This document shows positions 12,366 to 24,689 of a DNA stretch of 34,778 bases, in pieces. The position numbers were made by a program, and so were the translations under genes. The notes below the pieces were generated by a model that ran no database searches, was not told where the DNA came from, and saw only the letters and a list, made by a program, of their open reading frames with translations. The DNA comes from Octopus bimaculoides (lineage: Eukaryota), in NCBI RefSeq assembly GCF_001194135.2, contig NC_068988.1, forward strand, positions 31,673,565 to 31,708,342, read 5' to 3'. How positions within the stretch are numbered: position 1 is the stretch's first letter; the number at the start of each line of letters is the position of its first letter.

Positions 12366-12397
<32 letters not shown>

Positions 12398-12399
12398 CA

Positions 12400-12452
<53 letters not shown>

Positions 12453-12794
12453 GTATCATTATTTTCATCATCATCATCATCATTATTATCGATTTTATAC
12501 TTTACTTCTGATTTTGATTTTTCTTTGGGATAATATATATATTTTTTTCCATTCAATGATGTGTCATGTTTCAATTTTGTTTTTTCAGTTTAGTTTAGTC
12601 AGAGCCGTGTTGTGTCTTTATTTTTGTTTCTCTTGTTGCTGTTGATGATCTTGTGTTGTTAATTATTTTCATTTTATTAGACTCAAAATTTTACTATTTT
12701 GTTGCAGATATATATGATAATAATAAGTAGGCTGTAGTTGATAATTACAAGGGTAACAACAACTACAATAAACTTAATTATGATTATGATACTG

Positions 12795-12854
<60 letters not shown>

Positions 12855-13070
12855 GTTATTATTATTATTATTATTATCATCATCATTGTTATCATTATTA
12901 TTGTTATGTTGATAGTGATGTTGATAACGATGGTGATGATGATATCTTGATAATGGTTACAATTAAGATGATAATTATGATAGTAATTGCAAAGAAAATG
13001 GTTATGCTACTGCTGCTGATATTGCTGGTGGTTATGTTGCTAATGAATAGGACGCTGCTAATGCAGCTCA

Positions 13071-13106
<36 letters not shown>

Positions 13107-13548
13107 GAAGGTGATGGTGATGGTGATGGTGATGGTGATGGTGATGGTGATGATGATGATGATGATTAAAATGATAACGACAATGGTGATGATGACGACA
13201 GCAACAATGATGAAGATGGCGACGATGATGTAGTAAGGAAAAATTAGGATGATAGAAATAAGGAAAGATGTGATGCTGATGATAAAGCAGCTGATTATTA
13301 TGATGATGATGATGGCTGTGTGAATGAATGAAAATAATGATGATTAGAAAAATTATAAGAGCGATGCTGACGATCATGATAAATGATGAGATGATGACGA
13401 TGATGATGAAGAGGACATCAATATAATCATTATGATATGATGAGTATATCGATGCCGACAATAATGGTAATATTGTAGAAATATTTATCAGTAATGATGA
13501 CGCCTTTCATGTTATAGTAATAATTTTACTACGGATGCTGCTTCACGC

Positions 13549-13591
<43 letters not shown>

Positions 13592-13640
13592 TTGATGATG
13601 ATGATGAGGATGTTGATGATGATGATGGTGGTGGTGGTAG
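12224..13640. repeat. 1.4-kb compound trinucleotide region: (CAT)n/(TAT)n then (TAT)n then (GAT/GGT)n
   Basis: Direct inspection; explains the poly-I/M/H ORFs in the track. Confidence 0.92.
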
Positions 13641-14394
13641 TGATGTGTATGATCATAATGAGTATAGCGTGTTTTATGGAAAGCTGATGTAGAGATAGCA
13701 ATGCTGATTTTAATTTTTATTTTCGTCTGTGATTTTATGGCTCGTTGTTGTTGTTCTAAACGTTCACGTTGCTGATCTCGTTGATATTGTACTTTTTATT
13801 GCTGTTGTTGTTTTTGTTGTTATTTTTGTTGTATTACGTATTATTGTTGTCTTCAATGTTCATGTGTAGCTTCCGTTGTGAAATTGTTTTATTGAATGAA
13901 GTTGGATGGAATATTGAGCCATATCACAATTACGATATTTTTTTCTTTTGTTTATTGTTCGGTCTTGCATATTCACTTTAGAGTTCATTTTCGTGTTTCC
14001 TTTGAATATATTATTCAGGAAATATGGGGCGGTAACAGTCACCTTTACTGACCTGTTTCCCAACTGGTGAAGTTGATGCAGCTGATACCCAGCTTCTACA
14101 CCAGTAGGTTAATATGTTTAGGACTAGCGAGATTATGAATAGTTCCCGAATCTGTTCTAGGTGTTTGAAACATACTGCACTTTGCTAGAATGACATAATT
14201 GATTATGTTTTACTTTTTGAAGGCGAACTGAAGGGAATGACTTTGTTCAGAGCATTGCGAAATGATTCTTGTAGTTTGTCTTTGTAACTGTGTGAAATAT
14301 ACGTGACTACGTTGTCCAAAATGTCGAATATTATTTAAAACTGCTGGTTGTGTGGTGCAGGAAAGTGGCCGATAGTTCTAGTACGTTGAGCAAC

Positions 14395-14438
14395 CCTGTA
14401 ATAAGCGTGTAATGATCGTATAATGACCGTGTAATGTC
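14395..14438 (+). repeat. Degenerate 11-bp tandem repeat (CGTGTAATGAY) x4
   Basis: CCTGTAATAAG CGTGTAATGAT CGTATAATGAC CGTGTAATGTC. Confidence 0.8.
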
Positions 14439-15377
14439 ATTCTTTTTTGTTGAAGCTGAGTTCTAAATGAGGAGACATTACATAAAAATGGATTCAAGCG
14501 GTAACCATCTCTTAACTTTCTGAAATGTGTTTACTTCCATGAAGGATGTACAATTGGCGTAAGTTTGAGTCCTGAAATAAGTGCGTTGTTCTTTAGATCT
14601 AGATATTCCTTGATTTAATAAACTTACTTTAAAGTGTATTCCATTTACGACCATTTAATTTTTATATATCAGAGACTACATTGTTTAATATATCTGCATT
14701 CATGTAAAATATAATTTTATAATTCCAAGGAGATTCGGTTGTATTTCTAACATGTAGGTGTTGTGTGTGAAAAATAAGACGATTGGTACTTTAAAATGTG
14801 CTTTGTGTGAATACAGATAAAATCTTGATGGCCTAAATAATAAACTACATAGTGGAATACTGAGCAACGTAAGCATTAAATATATCAAGTAGGACTTTAT
14901 TCATTAAAGGCATTAGACACTGCAGTGCTTATCGTGTCCAAAATATTTAGCATTATTTAAGAATGAGTATAATGCTCTGCAAGAAATTGGATGCTTGTTC
15001 TACGACGTTGAGCGACCGTGTAATGTCTCTATCGTTGGTACCATTTTAAGTAGACTATACAGTATTAGCACCACATTTGACATATCACTAAATCCCTTCC
15101 AAACACGTCTGATTCTACATTGATGTCTCAGTAACATTTCGACAGCCGAGCTAATGTATTTAAAACAGTTGAGGCAACTCAATGCAAACGTTGTGGTAGT
15201 TAAACATTTTAATAGTCTTGCTTCAACGGTTTTCTATTCAAATGTTTCTAAATTGTAGTGAAGTGTATTATAATAATGACTATCGTGCACACCCCAATTA
15301 TAATTATCATGTTGTTGACGACGATGACAATGATGATGATGATGGTGATGATTATGATGATGATAGTAATTATCGAT

Positions 15378-15581
15378 TTCAAAATTTGGCACAAGCCCAA
15401 CAAGCTCGGAAGAAGAGGTTAAGTCGATTATATAACCCCAGTGCTCAAATGGTACTTGCTTTATCGACCCCGAGAGAAAGACAGGCGATGTTGACCTCTG
15501 TGGAATTTGAACTCAGAACGTAAAGACGGACTAAATGCTGCTAAGCATCTCACCCGGCGTGCTAACGACTCTGCCAGCTCG
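15378..15581 (-). mobile_element. Near full-length octopod SINE-like repeat (family A)
   Basis: Its reverse complement matches the plus-strand copy at 22801-22997 within this window (TATCGACCCCGAGAG, GGAATTTGAACTCAGAACGTAAAGAC, GCTAAGCAT, CCGGCGTGCTAA). The minus-strand GTTCAAATTCC is a B-box-like motif. Confidence 0.85.
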
Positions 15582-16459
15582 TAATTATCATCATTTTTGA
15601 GGTAATGAGATGATATAAACATTGAAGGTGGTGATGATAAAAATGATGGCGATGATGCTGAAGAAGAGGAAGAAAAGAAAGAGAGAATGAGATGGTGGAC
15701 AATGATGATTACTCTCATAATATTAGTCATGATGGCTGCATGTGCATTCATGGTTATTGTGTACTTGTTGTTCTTGTTGCTGAGTCACATCTCAACTTTA
15801 AACGAACTGATCTTTACTCAGAAGTGTGGTGGACTCCATTATTTTCAAGTGAGACTATTATTTTCACCCTCTTCTTTTTACGATGACATAGTTACTGTTT
15901 CTAGTCGGAGGAAAAGCCATGTGGACGGTAAATTGTTAGCACCAGAGGGTGCTATATTCACTTGAAAAAGTTGAAAAAGATAAATGTCATTGATTACTTA
16001 AACATAGGACACTCTCTTCACAATATATTTGCTTCCTCGTTAACATGTACGTTCGTGTTTAAGACACATGTTTATCGAAAAGGGTTTTCTTATTGTGGCG
16101 GAAATATATTAATGAATAACTATAAATAAAGATACAGCACACTCAAATATACATACGACAAAACACATACACAATTATGTGTATGTGTATATTTGTCTGT
16201 GTTTTTGTGCTTGTGTTTCGAAAACAAGAGTTTTGGTCTAACATCTAATATCTCAAAGACATAATGGCTATCAAGTTAGATGCTTTCCTTAATACATAAC
16301 TTGTTAAAAAGAAATGACTTACATACATGATACAGATGGTAGGTAACAGTAGGCAATGCCAGCATTTTAAAATTAACAAGAAAGACAGCCAATAATAGAT
16401 AAAACATACAACATATATCATATGGTAAAGTGAACAGTGTGATATGGCACCATTTCAAA

Positions 16460-16474
16460 ACACACACACACACA

Positions 16475-16557
<83 letters not shown>
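16460..16557. repeat. (CA)n microsatellite
   Basis: Direct inspection. Confidence 0.97.
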
Positions 16558-16562
<5 letters not shown>

Positions 16563-18149
16563 ACAAAATAAAACCCAGCAACTTTTATTTAGGAACGCAT
16601 TTCGCCTGAAAATAATAGCAACTCATCAAATTATGATCTGTAGCAATTCGAATATTTTCAAAGTAATACTATTTTTTTTCTTTCTAAAAAAGCCGACGGG
16701 AAGTAAGAAATGCAAATAACGCGATATTTATAGAAAGTGTTAGAAATATTCTAACTGCAGTGTTCGTAAGCTCTTCAAATATAGTTTGACAAACTTTATA
16801 ATTTATTTTGACTCTGTTTATTACATCACACACTTGGTTATCTATTTATCTGTTCACTTATTCTCTAAATAAAATAACCTTCACTTATTCTCTTTACATT
16901 CTCCAACTTTCTCTCTTCTGCATCTCCTTTCCGTCTTTATCATTGCCAGTTTGTTTTTAATTATTCTTTTGAACGTTTTTCAACGCATTATTAATACAAA
17001 CTGCTGCAATTGCTATTGGCAACACACCGGCTTCTTACTTTCGTATTGATCGTTTTTTTCACTCGTTTTCATAATTAACAGTTAAATGTGTTATGAAGAA
17101 ACAACTCTGAAGCTCTAAAATATTCTCCATAGAATTTAGAATATTAGTAAATAGTATGTAAAACTTTCACAAAGGCAGAAAATAACAAAAACTCATGAGG
17201 ATTAGAGCACCTTGCTATTTTTCTTTCAAGAATGAGTTTCGGAATAAATTTTGAAATATTAAAAACAAATAATGTTATTTTTTGATTTTCATATTTATGT
17301 ATTTACTAAGATAACATCAGCGGAGCAGCAGAAACAGGAGAATGTTGATTGAAATATCCTTCTTTTATATATTTATATCTTTTAATAATTTCGATTAAAA
17401 AACTTGTCGACAGCAAAGTTGATTTTTATACACCAGAAGTCTATACATAGTAATACACATGTACAAAAAATTGCTCCAACGACGTTTCTAAACCTCAGAA
17501 TTGGGTAGCCGTGTAGTAATGTGTAAATATATTTTCAGATGAAAAAATGTGAGGGTTAATTCAAGAAAGATATTGTGGAAAACTGGAAATTGCAATGGGA
17601 TAGTACTAGACCTGGTGTGTTCCTTGTGAGGTATAAAAGTGTTGCAATTTATGACTTCAAACGTCGTATTTTTCATTCTCCTAAGCACATATACACCAAC
17701 AATATTAAAGGATTTGGATATAATAGTGTGTTGGTATTTCTTGACCATTCCATAAACTAAGGTGTCAGATTCTGTTATCTTTTCACAGTATTCAGGAGTA
17801 ATTAAAAATATATACCTTCATACATATTTTAATATATTCGTTCGATCCATATTAGAATATGCCTCTCAAATTTGTCAAACGTCAATATGCTACTTGGATT
17901 TCCTGAACTAAAGTTCTTAAAAGACTCTTACGTTCATCATTTTACACAACTGAGTATCACACAGTGGAATATCGGAAAGTTATATCAGATTTTAACATGC
18001 CTAAGGCTTTTATGTTGGTATATCAGTCTTAAATGTGATGACAATTGTCACTGAAAGATATTTTGAATTGCAATTGATTTTAGGAAACCTTTTTGAAATT
18101 CCTAATTTGGTGAGCAGGTTTAAATAATGTCTCAGATTATCTGTTCGTA

Positions 18150-18277
18150 TGCTTAACGTTACTATTTCAACTCCTGCAGGGTTCTGTTTAGTCTTTCAGC
18201 TTTCCTTTGTCGATAAAGCAAAGTACCTATCAAGTCCTGGAGTCGATAGCACCCATTAATACTTTCCCCTCGAAATT
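18150..18277 (+). mobile_element. Diverged copy of SINE family A
   Basis: TTCAACTCC...CTTTCAGC...GTCGATAAAGCAAAGTACC...CTGGAGTCGAT...CCCCTCGAAATT is collinear with 22855-22970. Confidence 0.6.
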
Positions 18278-18626
18278 ATTGATTTTCTAACCAATTAAAT
18301 TAGGTAGTTTTCTGAAGTTCGAAATTACTATTTTCTCCAATCAATTAAATTTTGGAATCTTTTACTACGTAATTTTGTTTTATCTCGGATATTAATAAAT
18401 GTTTATCAAATTGGATAAAACTAATTTTGCTTCCATTATAAAATATGACAGATGGTATGAAACCCATAAATAAATACACTATTTTATTTCCTATAGGAAA
18501 TACGCCATTAGAAGCTGTTTTGCCCAAGCACTACCTTATACTATTTTACATGACTTAATTTATTGTAATTAGCTAGGTTTTGGTCTATGTGATAGTATAA
18601 ACTGTATTAAAAGTGAAATAAAAATG

Positions 18627-18808
18627 TCATTGGCTGGAATGAAAGGAGGTCTGCAATAATAAATATATTTGAAACGCATAATCAAATACATTCTCGTAAC
18701 TACACATTGTGGTGATCACTGTATAACTGTCCGGTATTTGTTGATTTCTGTCAAACAAATCATTGTGGAACACACCGATCAGAGGCGGAGGAAACATTTC
18801 TCCAAAGT
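18627..18808 (-). CDS. Candidate coding exon, product unknown: (D)FGEMFPPPLIGVFHNDLFDRNQQIPDSYTVITTMCSYEN...
   Basis: Minus strand: CTGAT branch-like motif (plus 18850-18854), 30-nt pure pyrimidine tract (plus 18812-18841), CAG, then only one long open frame (59 codons to TGA). A weak internal GTATTT donor follows ...EN. Confidence 0.3.
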
Positions 18809-20113
18809 CTGAGAAAAAAGAAAAAAAAAGAGAAAAGAAAATCCCTTTGATCAGTTCATTACTAGCCATTTTTAATTGCATTCCTTTTATGAGAGTTGAC
18901 TGAAAGAAGATTATTTCAATGTACGTACTATTTATATATTTCTTGTATAAGTTATATATTTATTTATTTATTTGATCTCGGTACTTTATTCTCAACGAGT
19001 TCTCATATATGTTATATTCGGTTAATATTTCTCCGTAGTTCTCTTTAATGAAGCCACCATTTTTATTTGAAGAAGATTTTATTAATTTTTTGTATGTTTC
19101 AGTTGAGTTAATGGATAAATTTAATTAATATTCCTATTCAAACATTACGGTGATTAAATTAATTTATGTTTTCAAAAATTATTTTCTCTGATTTATATTT
19201 TTTTAATATGTTTACGTTAAAATTACAGTTAGATATTTGTTTACGAAATGTTTTGTGAAACAGAGCTATAGAATTAAAAACGTAAATCATATAAATCTAG
19301 CAAAGACTTTTCTATTTTGTTTTTATGTTGCCATTTATTTTGTCATAATAAATTCCATTGGAAATATGGATTAATAATTTTTACTAAGTCTCTCTCGTCG
19401 CGGTTAGAATGTGGCTGTATGAATCATCCATCAATTACATTGTTATAGAGATTGCGATTGTTATCTCTTCTAGATGAGTGGCGAAAGTAAACATGTTGTG
19501 ATGTGAATGTAAAATCATTGGGTTGTTTGCGCCCTGTATTGATAATTAGCGTTTGTGTAATGTACATAATATAATGTAGACTGTGAGAATAATTTTCTCT
19601 ACAAGTTATAGTATTATGTTTAGATGAACCAAGCACATAATTACAAGAAATCGGTTAATAATTAATATGTATACACTAGTCCAGCTGACTATAGTGGAAA
19701 ACCAGCTATCCTTATGTAACTTACTGCTAATTCGGAACACTCTACCCTTTTGGTATTTCACGAAATAACGAACTCTCGGTTTGGAGTTCAGTACGTTAAT
19801 GAGACATTCAACTCTGTAATTATTAAAAACGGATTAAGTATTTTTATTTTCTTTTTATTTTCTAATATTTCAATTGCTGCTCAATCAAATATATTTGCTG
19901 AATATAAACACCTCATATAAATTTCCAAAAAATGAAAGAAGAAAAATGAAATTTTCTATCACATTCATAAGTCAATTATTTGAGAGAAAAGAGACATTTT
20001 CAAAGAAACCAGAAACTAGACCTCGAAACAATGAGTCTATGATCCAAGTTCCGTTTCTTTTCTTTCAGTTCCTGTTTCTGGATGAAGACAATTGAATTTC
20101 ATCATTTTAATCG

Positions 20114-20425
20114 TTTATTGGTTTCAGTCATTGGATTGGTCGAATTATACTACCGACTTCAAAAGTTTACAATCTATCATTTCGATATCAGTACTAATTT
20201 CAAACAACAACTTATTTTATTTTCTTGAGATAAATGGATGCACATTGGCACGCACTTACAAAGGCAGATACATATACAGAAGCCTCGACACAATGACATA
20301 CATAAATTCAAACGCGCGTACACACACACACACACTCAAACATATAAAATTCATAAGCGGCACGCAAGACAACTGGACCTGGAACTTCATATCAACGAAA
20401 CGATCTTAACTACACAGCTGTGCCT
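20114..20425 (-). mobile_element. Old tRNA-headed octopod SINE (family B, with internal CA/TG tract)
   Basis: Minus-strand head GCTGTGTAGTTAAG...GTTCCAGGTCCAG (A/B-box-like), internal (CA)n at about 20320, and a 3' part GTTTCAGTCATT like the LINE tail at 6280. Family recognised from memory. Confidence 0.5.
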
Positions 20426-20703
20426 AATGTAAATGTTGCTTTCTGAAGTCTTTCGCACCATTAAATAATATAGTTTCCGTTATAGAAAACCTCAGGGCTG
20501 CCATGGCAAGAACGCTTTTCGCAATAATTTTGTTCCATTACTCCTGATGCGCCACAATAACAGTTTATTTCGAACCAACAAAGAGAGACATCTATTCTTC
20601 TACTATCTGTCTACTTGCCTGCTTGCTTCCCTATTTAGCTCTCATCTCTTTCTCACCCTACTTTTATTTTCCAACTATCTGTATGCCAGTCTCTGTATAT
20701 ATG

Positions 20704-20705
<2 letters not shown>

Positions 20706-20744
<39 letters not shown>

Positions 20745-20805
20745 TTCGCTTTGTCTCTCTCTGCACATCTCCTCACCTCACCATCTCACTCCCTCTGCCT
20801 TTTGA

Positions 20806-20840
<35 letters not shown>

Positions 20841-20885
20841 TATTTCAAACTCTGTCTCGCTCTGTTTCTGTCTCTCTTTTTCCTC
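20706..20885. repeat. (TC)n microsatellite and degenerate flanks
   Basis: Direct inspection. Confidence 0.9.
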
Positions 20886-21479
20886 ACTCTCCTTATCTCC
20901 ACACACCACAACAGACTCACGAATACAGCATACATTTCTCTACATACCTTCTCTCTTTATTCGGTTGTTTCTCGCCATAGTGTATGATTTAGAAACAGAA
21001 AAGTAATTTTCATTCAAATTAATGAAGTAGCACCAACAACCTTGCTTCGCTTCGTGAGAATGTACACCGAAGGCGCTGTTGCAAACATGACGGCATATAT
21101 TATAAAATACTCTCACTGGATATTGTGCAGTTTTTTTGTTTGCTAGAGTTGTTTTCTCTCATTTCATCTCTGACGAATTGTTACGTCTAATTCAGCTTCA
21201 CATATATGATGACATTACTGCTCTTCAATATATTTCTAAGTTAACCGCTGTCTTGTCACAACAGCCACAATCAAGCCTCCCAACTCATTGATATGTCATT
21301 TGTTGCGTGCCGTATCGAACTGCGATAGTCTCAGCCTTTACCTAGTTCGAGATATAGTGTCGGTAATAAATATCCATGGGTGATATATCTAGCAGCGGCA
21401 GCTTAGTATGCTTCATCTGCTAATAGTACAGTATATAGATGTTGTCAAAATACAGTATAAAGGGTCTGATTTCTGTTAA

Positions 21480-21900
21480 GCACACTTTGTATTTGCTACC
21501 GATTACATTGCACAATGTTTCTACAGTTGCTATTTGAACTACTTCAATACCTTCCCTTGCAGCAACTGTGTGTAATGAGCTACATCAACATCGAGGCTAT
21601 TGCCATCAAAATTTATCCTCCTTAAAACTATACATTTCCTCACTCGCGAATATGATAATCAGAGGTTCATGATCCAGTATTCCACAATCAGGCTGACGCA
21701 AACATTTGGCTCTTTTGAGCTTAATTAATAATCCCATGGCTGTTAGCACCAGTTTAAATGTTCTGGATGCCGTCTGTGGAATGAATCTTTTGATCTAAGT
21801 CAGGAGTGGCGAGAAATTTTCGAATACACATAATGTAGCACGTTGAAATTGATTTAATTTAGATAAGTTCAACGACACACCACCCATTCTTGTGTAGGTA
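21480..21900 (-). mobile_element. Highly decayed mariner (Tc1/mariner) transposase C-terminal remnant
   Basis: Ordered minus-strand motifs: VVEL (about 21870); CTGGATCATGAACCTCTGATTATCATATTC (about 21680-21650; LDHEP/SDYH, like mariner SPDLAPSDYHLF); then REGIEVVQ...VIGSKY (about 21557-21488, like REGIEKL...NGxY). Spacing is roughly as expected but the region has multiple stops and frameshifts. Confidence 0.45.
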
Positions 21901-22768
21901 TATACTTCACCTGTGAGCTCGCTGGTAGAACTTGGCAACACGGTTTCCACAAATAACGCAACTAGCGATGAAGCGAGTACATAAACTTGTTTCATTCATT
22001 CAATGGGAAACTGGATAGGATTCACAGTTGTCACACCTAATAGAAATTATGGAAGACATACGATCTTAGAGCTGCAAGCTTATTTCAACAAATTTGTCCA
22101 GGTACTAGTGAAGAAAAATGAGATGCCCTATTTTATACATCATTCCTGAATTTGTTGCAAGGTAAAATACATGTTAACATAAGAAATTGGCACTGGAGTT
22201 TATGAAGAATTCTCTAAGTCATTTTGGCTTTGCCTAAACAGTATTTCTTGTAGAATTTGTGATTGAGAGAAGGGAAATTCCTATTTATTTCTTCAGTCAT
22301 GTCGGCCACATTTCCCCTTGTGAAAACTTTGTGAATATGTTTGTATGCTCGAACTTTTGATAGAAATTACATTGAAAATTTATATAAGGAAGCTTAAGTT
22401 TCTTTCACCGTTCATACATACCTCCTCGGAAATCCTATTAACCTCGAAGTGATTATGTCGTGTCATCCTCTTGGATGGTAGTTACCCGCTATACATTATA
22501 CGGTGATAACTGCAAGCTAGTATCTTTCAGAAGTTGTTGCGTGTATTCTACAGACTCGAACAATTTTGATGTGGACCGGTTTAGTAACTCACAAAATGTT
22601 TCTCCCAGTGCTTCATTTCCATCTCTATGTATGTATGAATGTATGTGAGTGTGTACACACACACACACACACATCCATACATGGCTTTATAATAATGACT
22701 TATAATAATGGCTTATAAACACCTTCCACGCTACAATTGTTTTTGATTCAGCATACGATCTCACGTCA

Positions 22769-22997
22769 GTTTAACCCCTTGTGCGCAATAAAGAAATAAG
22801 AAACTTTAGCACACCGAGCGAAATGCTTAGCGGTATTTCGTTTGTCTTTACGTTCTGAGCTCAAATTCCACCGTGGTCGACTTTGCCTTTCATCCTCTCG
22901 GGGTCGATAAGTTAAGTACCAGTTGCGTACTGGGGTCGACGTGATCGACTGGGCCCCTCCCCCAAAATTTCGGGCTTTGTGCCTAGAGTAGAAAAGG
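22769..22997 (+). mobile_element. Well-preserved octopod SINE-like repeat (family A) with a preceding partial tail unit
   Basis: TTAGCACACCGAGCGAAATGCTTAGCGGTATTTCG...CTCAAATTCCACCGTGGTCGACTTTGCCTTTCATCC...GGGGTCGATAAGTTAAGTACCAG...TACTGGGGTCGACGTGATCGACT...GTGCCTAGAGTAGAAAAG; multiple copies in this window. Confidence 0.85.
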
Positions 22998-23421
22998 ACT
23001 TCTATTAACGTCGGTTATAGGAACCGCTTTATCTGAAAATGTTCAAACTCAAATCATAATTAATAAGTAGCCTAGCTATACTTTGCCATTTAAAACAACC
23101 TTTGATTATAATGGCATATTGTATGTCATGTTAGTTGCACTGCTATACAATAAAAGCACTTGCTACTTCTTGGTTAACTTTCTTGGGGACTTCCACAACT
23201 GCGACAAATCTAGAAGTTTATCAGTTTAATGGCAAGTAAATACCTAAGTATTATATACGATTCGAATTTATGTTTATCAGCTTAAACGTAAACTGTTAAC
23301 TTAGTGAAAGTTAAAATGAAATGAGGATCTAGGGATTAAGCGAAATGGTTGAGTAGCATACGCTATACATTACTGTGTGAAAACTTATCTTTCTTTATTA
23401 TGTTGCTTACTTAATGCCGTA

Positions 23422-23507
23422 GGTTCAAATCCTCCCGTGAAAAATTTGCATTTCATTCTTCTACGATCGATAAATTCTGGCAAATAATCGAGTCGATGTA
23501 ATCGACT
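23422..23507 (+). mobile_element. Diverged fragment of SINE family A
   Basis: GGTTCAAATCC...TTTGCATTTCATTCTT...TCGATAAATT...GAGTCGATGTAATCGACT is collinear with 22855-22950. Confidence 0.6.
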
Positions 23508-23610
23508 GTAATATTCCTCTCAGACTATTAGCATTCTTCTTGGGTGAAAATGAAAATAATACCATATGTGTTGACTGAATATGTACGTGTGTGTGTGAGT
23601 GTGTACGTGC

Positions 23611-23660
<50 letters not shown>

Positions 23661-24022
23661 ATATAGATAGATAGATAGATGTACACATACACACACAGAA
23701 GCTTTCAATCAAATCAGAAAACAAATGTTTCTAATTATCTCATAGAGTAAGTGTTTCTAATTATCACAGATAAAACATGAAGTCTAATGATACTTCAAAC
23801 AATTACATTCTTATCATCGTCAAATATAAACCAAAAGTTTATGTATTTTATTTGTCTGACGCCTTTATTCTACAAGGTGTTGTTTACTAAAATTACTGAT
23901 GTATGATTGTTTGAAAATAGGTCTCCAGCATCATGAATGTCTAGTCCTGGGAACTGGCAATATAAAGGTTTCCTTGATGCAGTTCAGTATTGAATTAGCA
24001 CGCCTTTATGCACACAAGCACA

Positions 24023-24060
24023 AATTAGCCAATTCGTATGAATTAGCCAATTCGTATGAA
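24023..24060 (+). repeat. 18-bp tandem duplication AATTAGCCAATTCGTATG x2
   Basis: Exact copies at 24023-24040 and 24041-24058. Confidence 0.9.
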
Positions 24061-24689
24061 GTTTTACATTGTGTTGAATTTCTCACTTCTGATATCAAAT
24101 CTCACTGAGATCGAGAAATTCCTTATCCAACAGAATATTTTGAACCTTAGATGAATTCCATTACTGTGGCGCGCCGAGTGTAGATTCGTATGCCTATAAT
24201 GTGATGAGAGAAGGCGTCAAATTCGAGCAGTATAGGTACTGGCATCTTTCAGTTATTGGTCAGACGTCTTCCCTTCATCTTCATACCGAAACATTCAACA
24301 AGAGAAATACTGAATCCAGTGAGAGATAAATATCTATTTAATACACGACCGTAAGAGCTACTAATAATTTCATGCTTTTGTGATATTTAACTAGGAATAT
24401 TTATATACTAGTCTATATATCCTAAACAGTCCTTCAGTCTCTGTTTATGCGTTATATATATTTTAGAAACAAGGGCGCTGGACGGTGAGGCAATAAGAAA
24501 AATGTGAAAAAAAAAAACAAAAAAATATCACAAAGAATGCTGATGCAAAAAAAAATGGAATAAGAAGAAAAAAACAAAGTCAAGAAGTTTTAGATCCTCG
24601 TTGTCGCTGATTGCAGACAACTCAATTAATACATTTAGTATAGAACAAAGTGTGTCAAAGTCTGCGAGATAGCAACCCGATCAAGAGCG

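Noticed and set aside
12296-13461. ORFs up to 185 aa with poly-H/I/M/N
   Set aside because: Derived entirely from trinucleotide microsatellites.
17575-17760. ORF with RPGVFLVRYKS, SH2-like
   Set aside because: Only the GxFLVR motif matches; there is an in-frame stop just upstream, no fitting splice sites and no other SH2 features.
18495-18560. Plus-strand acceptor followed by GNTPLEAV, ankyrin-like
   Set aside because: Lacks the rest of the TPLH-x-A helix pattern and has no donor; five residues can match by chance.
18712-18812. C/D-box snoRNA-like (GTGATCA ... CTGA)
   Set aside because: Imperfect C box, no terminal stem and no recognisable rRNA guide.
24165-24250. tRNA-like head GTGGCGCGCCGAGTG...AATTCGAG
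   Set aside because: Cannot fold a cloverleaf; at most a very decayed SINE head.
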